64,000 nucleotides of DNA from Anaerolineales bacterium. Lineage in GTDB: Bacteria; Chloroflexota; Anaerolineae; Anaerolineales; UBA11858. The notes below the pieces were generated by a model. It had not been told where the DNA came from. It was given only the letters and a program-made list of their open reading frames with translations, and made no database searches. The translations under genes and the position numbers were made by a program. Within the stretch, counting starts at the first letter, position 1. Every line of letters starts with the position of its first letter. Below are positions 18,072-26,402 of the stretch, piece by piece. The stretch lies in assembly GCA_028278545.1 (NCBI GenBank), contig JANQED010000132.1, forward strand, positions 218,874-282,873, read 5' to 3'.

Positions 18072-19241
18072 TCAACTCAATCGATTGAGCGCCTTTTCCA
18101 TCTGCAGCAATGCTCGCTGGATATTCTCCACCGAATTGGCATACGAAAGGCGTAGATAACCCTCTCCCCCACTCCCAAAGGCAGACCCAGGCAGCAGTGC
18201 CACGCCCGCTTCATCGAGCAGGTAATTTGCCAACTCGGTCGAAGTCATTCCCAAGGACTTGATATTAGGAAATACATAGAAGGCGCCCTGGGGTCTCTGA
18301 CAGGTCACCCCGGGCAGGGCATTCAAGCCGTCCACGATCACATCGCGTCGTCTTTGATATTCGGCGACGACCTGCCCGACCTGCTCTTGAGGGCCGGTCA
18401 GCGCTTCGACCCCCGCGAACTGCGTGAAGTGGGCCGTACAACCGACCGAGTGGGTGAGCAACAGGCCCACACGCTCGGCCAGCTCTCGGGGCATGATACC
18501 GAAACCCAAACGCCAGCCCGTCATGGCATAGGTCTTAGAGAAGCCATCCATGATCACCGTACGTTCTGCCATGCCCGGCAAGGCGTAGATGGAGGGGACT
18601 TCCAACCCGTCATAGACAATGCGGGTGTAGATCTCATCGGAGAGCACCCAGGCATCATAACGCTGCGCCGCCTCGGCGATGTGCTCCAAATCGGCGGCAG
18701 GTATGACCCCACCGGTCGGGTTGCTGGGCGAGTTGAGGATGATCAGCTTTGTCTTTGGATTGATTAACTCATCAAAGACTCCCAAATCAAATGAAAAGCT
18801 GTTTTCCTCCCGCAGGGAGACTGGCACCGGCACCCCTCCGGCAACGCCGATCATGGCTTCATAGGTCGGGAAGCCGGGATTGGGGTAGATCACTTCATCG
18901 CCCGGCTCAACCAGGGCTAGGGTAGGGAAAAAGAGATTGGGTTTGGCCCCAGGGCTGACGACCACCTGTTCGGGGTCGATCTCCACATTGAGACGGCGAC
19001 CTGCGCTCTCGGCAATCACGGCCTTCAGCGCGGGCATCCCCGCCGGGGGGGTATAACGGGTCATCCCCTGCTCAAGGGCAGCTACGCCAGCCTGCCGGAT
19101 ATGCGCGTAGGTCTCGAAATCCGGCTGACCGATCTCCAAATGGATGATCTCACGCCCCTCCGCTTCCAGGGCCTGGGCGCGCGCCAGGACTTGATAAGCC
19201 CCCTCTGGCTTCAAATGATCGATGCGTTTGGCGTATGACAT
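18072..19241 (-). CDS. pyridoxal-phosphate-dependent aminotransferase, class I (aspartate/aromatic type)
   Basis: SKTYAMTGWRLGF (PLP lysine), NPSNPTG and a fold-type I layout. Start placed at MSYAKRI (ATG 19241, GGAAGGG upstream) rather than the RBS-less 19256. Confidence 0.85.
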   Translation of the reverse strand: MSYAKRIDHLKPEGAYQVLARAQALEAEGREIIHLEIGQPDFETYAHIRQAGVAALEQGMTRYTPPAGMPALKAVIAESAGRRLNVEIDPEQVVVSPGAKPNLFFPTLALVEPGDEVIYPNPGFPTYEAMIGVAGGVPVPVSLREENSFSFDLGVFDELINPKTKLIILNSPSNPTGGVIPAADLEHIAEAAQRYDAWVLSDEIYTRIVYDGLEVPSIYALPGMAERTVIMDGFSKTYAMTGWRLGFGIMPRELAERVGLLLTHSVGCTAHFTQFAGVEALTGPQEQVGQVVAEYQRRRDVIVDGLNALPGVTCQRPQGAFYVFPNIKSLGMTSTELANYLLDEAGVALLPGSAFGSGGEGYLRLSYANSVENIQRALLQMEKALNRLS

Positions 19242-19307
19242 CAATACCCTTCCCAAAGCAGTCTAACGATCCTGAGATGCGCTCTTGAGCGGCACTCTCA
19301 GGTCGAA

Positions 19308-20171
19308 TTATGCGAACTCAGCCATCAGGCGCATGGGGACTACTGTGGCACCCACAATCCCAGGGCCGGTATGCACGCCTAAGACCGGCGAGATGCGTAA
19401 CGTTTCCAGCTTGGCGATATCCAGGCGTTCTTTGAGCATCTCGGTGAACTCGACGGCCTTTTCGGCCATCTGCCCATGCATCACAGACACCCACAAAGGG
19501 GAATCATCCTCGTACATCTCGGCCAGGTGATCGACCATCATGGTCATGGTCTTCTTCAAAGTGCGCCCTTTATTGACGGTGCTGTACTTGCCGTCCTGGC
19601 GGTCCACGCGAATGACGGGCTTGATATTCAACAATGAGCTCGCCAGAGCCTGCACCCGGCCAATACGGCCACCATGCGCCAGATACTCCAGGGTGTCCAG
19701 GGTGTAGATCACTTCCGTGTTCTCGCGAACATGTTCCAAACGCTCGATGATGGCCTCCTTTGCCCAGCCAGCCTTGTTTGCCAAGGCAGCGGCCAGAACC
19801 TGGAAGCGCTGCGCCCCAGAGAGGGTCATGCTGTCGAATACCGTGACCACCGATTCGGTGACCTGCTGTGCCCCCAAGCGCGCCGACTGGAGCGTGCCGC
19901 TCAGGCCTGAGGATATGTGTATCGACAAGATTTCCTCTCCAGCTTCAGCCAACTTGCGGTAAAGATTCTCGAATACACCCGGCGCCGGCTGGGCTGTGGT
20001 GGGGATATCCGGGGACATTTTCTGCAGCCGGTCATAGAACTCATCCGGGCTAAGGTCTGCCGAATTGGTCTCCCCATCAGGGAATTGAATATAAAGAGGT
20101 GCCACTGTAATATCTAGATCATCCGCTTCTTCCCAGGGGAGATCAGCTGCACAATCGGTCAATATTTTCAC
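19308..20171 (-). CDS. DegV family fatty-acid-binding protein
   Basis: 287 aa with GTG start. DegV/EDD-fold pattern (TTAQPAPGVF, ILSIHISSGLSGTLQSA, GGRIG). Confidence 0.85.
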   Translation of the reverse strand: MKILTDCAADLPWEEADDLDITVAPLYIQFPDGETNSADLSPDEFYDRLQKMSPDIPTTAQPAPGVFENLYRKLAEAGEEILSIHISSGLSGTLQSARLGAQQVTESVVTVFDSMTLSGAQRFQVLAAALANKAGWAKEAIIERLEHVRENTEVIYTLDTLEYLAHGGRIGRVQALASSLLNIKPVIRVDRQDGKYSTVNKGRTLKKTMTMMVDHLAEMYEDDSPLWVSVMHGQMAEKAVEFTEMLKERLDIAKLETLRISPVLGVHTGPGIVGATVVPMRLMAEFA

Positions 20172-20221
20172 TTCGTCATCCTTTCATACCATCGTTTATT
20201 AGTAATACAGCCACCAGACGC

Positions 20222-20587
20222 TTACCCGCCCCCAGTGACCATCGCCCGGAGAGAAATGCCGATCAGGAACAAGAACACCGAAGCGTAGATGAGGGTATCG
20301 CGGCGTTCATCGCGCCCTCTGGTATACATGTACACGGCGGGCAGGGCAATGGCGGCGACAATCCCGTACAACATGTGAACCCAACCCCGGGCAGGGATCG
20401 TGCCGTTTATGCGCATGAAAACGCCTAAAGCGCCCTGGATCAGGATCAGCACTTCGGCGATCACGACTGCGCCCCAGTAGCTGCTATCGAGACCCTGCCT
20501 GCGGAAGAAACGCCAAAAACCCCACAGGGCCATGAGCAACGCATACAATAAAAGGGTATTCGCCAAACGGCTATGAAGGATATCCAT
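20222..20587 (-). CDS. hypothetical 4-TM membrane protein
   Basis: Start moved to the internal ATG at 20587 (MDILHSRL..., GGAGA RBS). The longer 20776 start would overlap the divergent gene. No recognisable family. Confidence 0.5.
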   Translation of the reverse strand: MDILHSRLANTLLLYALLMALWGFWRFFRRQGLDSSYWGAVVIAEVLILIQGALGVFMRINGTIPARGWVHMLYGIVAAIALPAVYMYTRGRDERRDTLIYASVFLFLIGISLRAMVTGGG

Positions 20588-20736
20588 CTTGGTGTTCTCC
20601 GTTCCAGTTCTATCGGTGAGGTCTTGAAAATTCGCCCCATGATACCACATCATCTGAAAACCTCCCGCAGGGTTTTGCAGCAGGGGAAACAGCGGAATTT
20701 GATCCCCTCTAACCCAAATGTGGTTTAATAAAGCCG

Positions 20737-21012
20737 ATGGCCGATAAATCCAAGGAGATAAAACTTGTGAAACCAAACCACTATCTCTGGTTCATCCCAT
20801 TGCTGGCGTTGGGGATAGGGCTGCTCTTGTCGGGGTTCGCGCTGGCTAGCCCCGATACCCAAACAGCCGACATGACCCCCACGCCAACCCCGAGACCTTT
20901 ATACCCTGATGACGTTGTGGTCCCGAAGACACATTTCCCTGGATTGATCGCTGGTGCCGTCGTGATCTTAATCATTATCATGGTCGGTGTATTGGTACGC
21001 CCCCGAAAATAG
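20737..21012 (+). CDS. hypothetical small membrane protein (2 TM, Pro/Thr-rich loop)
   Basis: 91-aa ORF with two hydrophobic helices. No recognisable family. Confidence 0.4.
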   Translation: MADKSKEIKLVKPNHYLWFIPLLALGIGLLLSGFALASPDTQTADMTPTPTPRPLYPDDVVVPKTHFPGLIAGAVVILIIIMVGVLVRPRK

Positions 21013-21041
21013 TTGACAATCCTATTCCCCTGAGGTAACCT
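21013..21041 (+). promoter_or_regulatory. putative promoter of SRP RNA
   Basis: TTGACA (21013..21018), 17 nt spacer, TAACCT (21036..21041). The RNA helix begins about 7 nt downstream. Confidence 0.5.
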
Positions 21042-21046
21042 AGCCC

Positions 21047-21160
21047 CGCCCTTGGATGGGTCCGGCGCGGCGGAAACCTCTGAACCGTGTCAGGTCCGAA
21101 AGGAAGCAGCACTAAGGAGGACCTTCTGGGTGCCGCCGGAGCGCCTGTCCAGGGGTTTTC
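21047..21160 (+). ncRNA. ffs: signal recognition particle RNA, small (4.5S) type
   Basis: Contains the universally conserved domain IV sequence GUGUCAGGUCCGAAAGGAAGCAGCAC. A long hairpin closes it (CCCTTGGA...TCCAGGGG and GGCGCGGCGG...CCGCCGGAGCGCC), followed by TTTTCGTTTT. Confidence 0.85.
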
Positions 21161-21186
21161 GTTTTAATCTGATAGAATCGCTTTTT

Positions 21187-22599
21187 ATGAAGACCCATAA
21201 GCGTTGGCGCACGATCGTGGTGGTAGGGGTCTGCGTTATCCTGGCGGTGATCGCGGTAATCGGGGTGACGCGCAAGCAGATCACGGTGGACATCGACGGG
21301 ATAGAAACAACCTATCAAACCAACGGCCTCACCGTGAAGGGGCTGTTGCGCGTCGCGAAGATTCCCTTGAGCGAGGCAGACTTGATCACCCCCCCACCCG
21401 CCAATTGGCTTAGAAGAGGACAGCAGGTCTCGATCCAACGCGCCGCACAAATTCAAATCCATGCGGACGGAGAGGTTTTTACGCTGCTGACCCCGGAGCG
21501 CACCCCCGTGATCCTCCTGGCCGAGGCCGGGGTGGGCCTCAGCCCCGATGATCAAATTATGGCCGATGGCGTGCCCGTCTCTCTGGATCAGGCACTGCCG
21601 CCCGCGAAGGCCCACAGCTTGCAAGTGCGCAGGGCCACACAGATTGCCTTGAATGACGGGACACAGGAGTACAACTTCGTATCGACGGCCAGCACCCTTG
21701 GGGGCGCGCTTTGGGAACAGGGCATCACGCTGTATCACAGCGACCAACTCAGTCTCCCGCCCGATACACCCCTTGAGGGGGAAGCAATCCAGGCTTCTTT
21801 GAGGCGCTCTCAAACACTGACCATCCGCTCGCAGGGCCAATCCATTCAAACGCGCTCCATTGGGCCGACGGTCGGGGCAGCCCTGGCAGATACGGGCTTT
21901 GCTTTACAGGGGTCCGACTACAGCCTGCCCCCCGACCAAGAGAAGCTGCCTGAAAATGGGGAAATCCAGATTATACGCGTGAGAGAGGAAGTGCTTTTGG
22001 AGCAAGTCCCCCTGCCTTTTGGCGTCACTCAGCAAGCGCTGCCCGAGGTGGAAATCGACAATACGCAGGTCGTACAGGCGGGTGCGTACGGCCTGACGGC
22101 GCAGCGCGTGCGGGTGATCTACGAATCACGGCCAGATGCTGAGGGCTGGCAGGAGGTGGACAGGCAGGTTGAAGATGAATGGGTAGCCCGCGAACCCCAA
22201 CCGCGGATCATCGGTTACGGCACAAACATCATCGTGCGAACGGAAAACGTCGGTGGGGCGACGATCGAGTATTGGCGCAAGGTAGAGGCCTATGCCACAT
22301 CCTACTCCCCATGCCGCCTGGGCCTCCCCGATTACTGCAATTCAACCACGGCCAGCGGGAAGCAGCTTCAAAAAGGGATGATCGGGGTCATTCGCTCCTG
22401 GTACAACATGATGCGCGGCCAACAGGTGTATATCCCAGGATATGGGTTCGCCACCATCGAGGATATCGGCGCGGGTGTCTCCGGCAGTCATTGGATCGAC
22501 CTGGGGTACAGCGATGATGATTGGGTTAGCTGGCACCAGAACGTGACAGTCTATTTTCTAACGCCCATCCCAGCCAATATTATGTGGATTCTGGAATGA
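21187..22599 (+). CDS. membrane-anchored cell-wall protein, DUF348 repeats + G5 + C-terminal 3D domain (YabE/Rpf-like)
   Basis: Start set at the first ATG after the SRP RNA (MKTHKRWRTIVVVGVCVILAV is the TM anchor). Repeated V(T/S)VxxDG...TVxxxL modules and a C-terminal 3D/MltA-like motif (ATSYSP...TASGKQLQKGMIGV...IPGYGFATIEDIG). Confidence 0.75.
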   Translation: MKTHKRWRTIVVVGVCVILAVIAVIGVTRKQITVDIDGIETTYQTNGLTVKGLLRVAKIPLSEADLITPPPANWLRRGQQVSIQRAAQIQIHADGEVFTLLTPERTPVILLAEAGVGLSPDDQIMADGVPVSLDQALPPAKAHSLQVRRATQIALNDGTQEYNFVSTASTLGGALWEQGITLYHSDQLSLPPDTPLEGEAIQASLRRSQTLTIRSQGQSIQTRSIGPTVGAALADTGFALQGSDYSLPPDQEKLPENGEIQIIRVREEVLLEQVPLPFGVTQQALPEVEIDNTQVVQAGAYGLTAQRVRVIYESRPDAEGWQEVDRQVEDEWVAREPQPRIIGYGTNIIVRTENVGGATIEYWRKVEAYATSYSPCRLGLPDYCNSTTASGKQLQKGMIGVIRSWYNMMRGQQVYIPGYGFATIEDIGAGVSGSHWIDLGYSDDDWVSWHQNVTVYFLTPIPANIMWILE

Positions 22600-22645
22600 A
22601 TCTCTCAGAAAAAAACCACAACTCCTTCCCCCATGCAAAACCGAT

Positions 22646-23875
22646 CTACCCATTCGCATTATGGAATTGGATCATTCCCCAGCGACCGTTCACCATCCAT
22701 TCAGGGTCTTCTGCAGCGACCGCTTCGGCCTGCCCAGGCGCTAAACCACAAATCAACTCGGATTTGAGGGTGCGCAGCGCGACAAGCGGCACGGGGAAAT
22801 AGGAGACGATATCGGCGAAGGGTGTGGTGAAAGGCCAATGCCGATCACCCAACAAACGCCTGTAGTTGGCATCCCCCTTGCTGATCACCAAATTCGATCC
22901 CGATAACCGCTCCGCCAAATTTTCGGGCATCTTCCAGCCTTCAAGAGGGGAATTCCAGAAGAAATCGCTGCAAAGTAACAGGCGCTTGCTCTGCATGTGG
23001 GTACGCAGGCGCCTCCCAAGCTCGCGAACCGATGCTGCGTCAATTGACTCGAAGTAGGCTACAGTCGCTTCTACATCCCCGGGCAGCGCGTCGGACACAA
23101 AAGTGGGATGCGCTTTGAGATGAAAGTGTATTTCCTGCACCATCTCGGCAGACAGCAGGTACTCAGCAAAAACCAAGTCACTCATCAGCTCTAAGCCGGC
23201 ATTGTCGATCATGAAATCCAGGCGGGCACTCTTCCCATCCAGCGCCAACAAGCAATCAACGACCTCAGACCCCGCATCTATCAACAAATAGTCGTCCGCC
23301 AGGGATGAATCGGCGTGATCGGGCTTGCCCTCGGCATCGGCAGGCCAAAGGCTGTAGTCGGCCTGATTGCCCCATAAATCCATGTGGAGCAGAGATAACA
23401 GGGTTTGCCGGGCCGGTTGGCCCGCAGACTGCCAGTCAGCCAACAGAGAAGCCCAATCCAAAATAGCCTCCTGACCAAGCTCCAGGCCACGCTGCTTGGA
23501 GACCTGAAAAGGGTCCCATCCTGCCCCTGATCCCTCCTGGAAGTAGCCTGTGGCTTCTAAGATGCGCCTGTAAAAATAATGCTCGCTGAAAAACCAGGGT
23601 GATTCCAACCAATCCATCCCCAGGTATGGTTCAAGATAGGCATTCCAGTCGTCCGGATCGGGGGCCTGGGGGTCGTCCAAAGGACGAACAGGCGTGTGGG
23701 GAATATCGGCGATCAACGCCTCCAAGCGGGCGACAATCCTTGGCGAAAAGTCATTTTCCTCCACAACCCGTCTCGCCGTATCTCCAAAACGAACCCTGAC
23801 GGTGCGGTTGGCCCAGGTATTCGGCTCCTGGCCGCACATGGGGTCAGGAACAGCGTTTATTGGTTCTCTTGTCAT
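22646..23875 (-). CDS. DUF89/ARMT1-like damage-control phosphatase family protein
   Basis: 409 aa. Characteristic C-terminal DUF89 motif (ISKGDANYRRLLGDRHWP) and DNAGLEL. Confidence 0.8.
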   Translation of the reverse strand: MTREPINAVPDPMCGQEPNTWANRTVRVRFGDTARRVVEENDFSPRIVARLEALIADIPHTPVRPLDDPQAPDPDDWNAYLEPYLGMDWLESPWFFSEHYFYRRILEATGYFQEGSGAGWDPFQVSKQRGLELGQEAILDWASLLADWQSAGQPARQTLLSLLHMDLWGNQADYSLWPADAEGKPDHADSSLADDYLLIDAGSEVVDCLLALDGKSARLDFMIDNAGLELMSDLVFAEYLLSAEMVQEIHFHLKAHPTFVSDALPGDVEATVAYFESIDAASVRELGRRLRTHMQSKRLLLCSDFFWNSPLEGWKMPENLAERLSGSNLVISKGDANYRRLLGDRHWPFTTPFADIVSYFPVPLVALRTLKSELICGLAPGQAEAVAAEDPEWMVNGRWGMIQFHNANG

Positions 23876-23930
23876 CGTCTCGGCGTCGCCTCATGGAAAT
23901 CTCCAAAAGGAGATTATAACCCTTAGCGGG

Positions 23931-23939
23931 TGATATAAT
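23931..23939 (+). promoter_or_regulatory. extended -10 promoter element upstream of rsmA
   Basis: TGaTATAAT at 23931..23939, 30 nt before the rsmA ATG. Confidence 0.45.
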
Positions 23940-23968
23940 CATTTTCGTTACCCCGGTTATCAATTCCG

Positions 23969-24847
23969 ATGAGAAGCCTGCCTCCCCTCAACATCCCTGC
24001 GCTGCTGCGCGACTATGGACTCCGCCCCAATAAAAGCCTGGGACAGAATTTTTTGGTGGATGACCCCGCCTTACGGCGGGTGGTGGACGCGGCGGAAATT
24101 TCGGCTGGTGAGGCGGTTTTGGAGATTGGTGCTGGCCTGGGCAGTTTGACGCGTTATCTGGCAACCGCGGCGGGACAGGTGACAGCCATCGAGTTAGACG
24201 GTAACCTGATCCCGCCCTTAACTGAGGTCTTAGCGCCCTTCGATAACGTGAAAATCATCCAAGGCGACATCCTGGACATCAACCCCGACCAATTAACCTC
24301 CGACTTCCAACCTCCAATTGTCAGCTACCTTGTCGTCGCCAATATCCCTTTCTACATCACCTCGGCGATCATCCGGCATCTGCTTGAAGCTGAGCAAAAA
24401 CCCCGTCGCCTGGTGCTGACGGTACAACGCGAAGTGGCTGAACGCATCTGCGCCAGGTCGGGCAAACTGAGCCTGTTGGCTCTGAGCGTGCAAGTCTATG
24501 GGGAGCCCCGCATTGTCACCAAGATTCCGGCAGGGGCTTTCTATCCCACCCCAAAAGTCGACTCCGCTGTAGTGCGCATCGATCTGTTCCCCGACCCACT
24601 TATCCCCCCATCGCGGATACCAGCTTTCTTCGACCTCGCCAAAGCCGGTTTCAGCCAGAAGCGCAAGACCTTGGGCAACTCCCTATCCGCGGGGATGCAC
24701 TGGCCCAAGGAAAAAGCCATTCAAGTTTTGGAAAACGCTGGTATCGACCCCCAGCGCCGGGCAGAGACGCTCAACATCGACGAGTGGAACAAGCTGGTCA
24801 CCCAAAGCGTACAAGAGAAGCAGACTCAATCTAAATTTGACCAATGA
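23969..24847 (+). CDS. rsmA: 16S rRNA (adenine1518/1519-N6)-dimethyltransferase
   Basis: KSLGQNFLVD, VLEIGAGLGSLT and NIPFYITS motifs. Confidence 0.93.
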   Translation: MRSLPPLNIPALLRDYGLRPNKSLGQNFLVDDPALRRVVDAAEISAGEAVLEIGAGLGSLTRYLATAAGQVTAIELDGNLIPPLTEVLAPFDNVKIIQGDILDINPDQLTSDFQPPIVSYLVVANIPFYITSAIIRHLLEAEQKPRRLVLTVQREVAERICARSGKLSLLALSVQVYGEPRIVTKIPAGAFYPTPKVDSAVVRIDLFPDPLIPPSRIPAFFDLAKAGFSQKRKTLGNSLSAGMHWPKEKAIQVLENAGIDPQRRAETLNIDEWNKLVTQSVQEKQTQSKFDQ

Positions 24848-25152
24848 AAATACTAGCCCTTGAACACGAAAACCCCAAACTGACGGCCGAGGACTTCGGA
24901 CCTCATCTAAAAGCCGAAACACGCCGAGTTTGGGAACTCTACCAAAGCGGGATCATCCGAGAAATCTATTTTAGAGCCGATCAAACCTGTGCGGTGTTAG
25001 TCCTGGAATGTGAGAATGTCCAGGAAGCTGATAAGGTGCTCTCGACCCTGCCCCTGGTCAGAGAGAAGTTGATCCGCTTCGAACTCATCCCGCTGATCCC
25101 CTACCCGGGCTTCGAACGCCTGTTTGAGGAGCCACAAAATACATCACCATGA
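24844..25152 (+). CDS. hypothetical small protein (possibly a muconolactone-isomerase/Dabb-like alpha+beta fold)
   Basis: 102-aa ORF translationally coupled at both ends (ATGA overlaps with rsmA and with the next gene). The family assignment is only a guess. Confidence 0.5.
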   Translation: MKILALEHENPKLTAEDFGPHLKAETRRVWELYQSGIIREIYFRADQTCAVLVLECENVQEADKVLSTLPLVREKLIRFELIPLIPYPGFERLFEEPQNTSP

Positions 25153-25685
25153 CTTCATCAACACCTCCCTCGGCGACAGACCTTTTCGACACCAAATTCT
25201 TTCCCCAGCATGTCACCTTAGTGACGGTCGCCGACAACATGATGCCCATGGGCTATTGGACCGTGATCTCCAAAGAGCCTTTCCGTTTCTTGATATGCAT
25301 GCAAATGGGCAATTACACTTTCGATCTTATCAGGAAGTATCAAGAGGCAGTGCTGCACTTCATGCCCTGGAGCGAGCGGGAGAGGGTCGCTCGGGCCGGC
25401 AATATCACCGGGCGTTATGAAAACAAAGCCGAGAAACTGGGGTTCGAGCTAATCCCAACTGAAAAGTTGAAGCACACAAAAATGGTCGCCAGCGCGGACA
25501 GCGCCTACGAAACGGTCGTACACCAAGAACTGAAGGGCTTATCCAGAGAATTTGGGCTGTTTGTCCTCGATGTCCTTGCCGTTCATGGGAATATCACCCC
25601 GCGAAAACGACAACCGATTCTGTTCTTGAGCGGGAAAGATTTCGCCACCCTGGGAGAGAAATGGCGCTATCGATCCGGAGGCTGA
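25149..25685 (+). CDS. flavin reductase-like (FMN-binding split-barrel) domain protein
   Basis: 178 aa. The pattern HVTLVTV..MMPMGYWTVISKEPFRFLICM...LIRKYQEAVLHFMP resembles flavin reductase-like domain proteins. Confidence 0.5.
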   Translation: MTSSTPPSATDLFDTKFFPQHVTLVTVADNMMPMGYWTVISKEPFRFLICMQMGNYTFDLIRKYQEAVLHFMPWSERERVARAGNITGRYENKAEKLGFELIPTEKLKHTKMVASADSAYETVVHQELKGLSREFGLFVLDVLAVHGNITPRKRQPILFLSGKDFATLGEKWRYRSGG

Positions 25686-25694
25686 GGAACAGGC

Positions 25695-25723
25695 TTGCCC
25701 CCCTATGGGCCATTCGGTATAAT
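25695..25723 (+). promoter_or_regulatory. putative promoter of tRNA-Gly
   Basis: TTGCCC (25695..25700), 17 nt spacer, TATAAT (25718..25723), 11 nt before the tRNA. Confidence 0.5.
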
Positions 25724-25734
25724 ACAACCACCTT

Positions 25735-25806
25735 GCGGGTGTCGCCAAGTGGTAAGGCAGTAGCTTCCCAAGCTACCATTCGTGGGTTCGAATCCCATCA
25801 CCCGCT
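25735..25806 (+). tRNA. tRNA-Gly (anticodon CCC)
   Basis: Acceptor GCGGGTG/CACCCGC, anticodon stem GTAGC/GCTAC with loop TTCCCAA (CCC), T arm GTGGG-TTCGAAT-CCCAT. Confidence 0.9.
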
Positions 25807-25840
25807 CTAGTACCGTCATATGCAGGGGTATATGTAACCC

Positions 25841-25878
25841 AAAGCCACCTGAGACCCGTACACAGGTGGCTTTCTATG
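25841..25878 (+). terminator. rho-independent terminator after tRNA-Gly
   Basis: 11-bp stem AAAGCCACCTG/CAGGTGGCTTT followed by a TTTCT tail. Confidence 0.6.
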
Positions 25879-26042
25879 TACCAAAATAACGAAATGGGCA
25901 TTAGATATGACTTTTCTGGATGACGCCAATCATCTCCCAGATAGAACCAGAGGCATATTGGCTAATTCATCTTTGCAATGCCGTGGGTGAGGTTCCCCCC
26001 CAAGATGTCATGCCCGACTTCCGGTCGCGGTCTCTATGAGAT

Positions 26043-26402
26043 TCAGTTTGACAGATCGACAAATTCGATCGTATTTCCATCAGGGTCTTTTACACCACAA
26101 ACTCCCCCCTCCGCGTTTTGCTGAATCTCACCCACCTTTTCACCGCCATATCGCTGCACATTCTCTAAAACAGCTTCCAGGTCATCGACCACGAATGATA
26201 ACTGCTGGCGATTCTTCTCTGCTTTGATGCCAAGGAACTCATTGGGGCATAAGAGCAACTCGATCCCAGCCAACTGTCCCCGATACAGCACCGTACCAAA
26301 AGCCTCGAACGGCTCAAGCCCCGACGCAAACACTCCATTATAGAAGCGGACCATCTTCTCCGTCTCCACCGAGGCAATGACTATCTTTTTGAGTTTCATC
26401 AT
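26043..26402 (-). CDS. VOC/glyoxalase-bleomycin resistance family protein
   Basis: 119 aa. Paired beta-alpha-beta-beta-beta pattern (GVKDPDGNTIEF at the C-terminus). Confidence 0.8.
   Translation of the reverse strand: MMKLKKIVIASVETEKMVRFYNGVFASGLEPFEAFGTVLYRGQLAGIELLLCPNEFLGIKAEKNRQQLSFVVDDLEAVLENVQRYGGEKVGEIQQNAEGGVCGVKDPDGNTIEFVDLSN

Noticed and set aside
21112-21849. 245-aa antisense ORF inside the DUF348/G5/3D gene
   Set aside because: It is a shadow ORF with Arg/Gly/Pro-rich composition and overlaps the SRP RNA region.
25539-25779. Two - strand ORFs (69 and 61 aa) near 25.6-25.8 kb
   Set aside because: They overlap tRNA-Gly and its promoter and the 3' end of the flavin-reductase-like gene.
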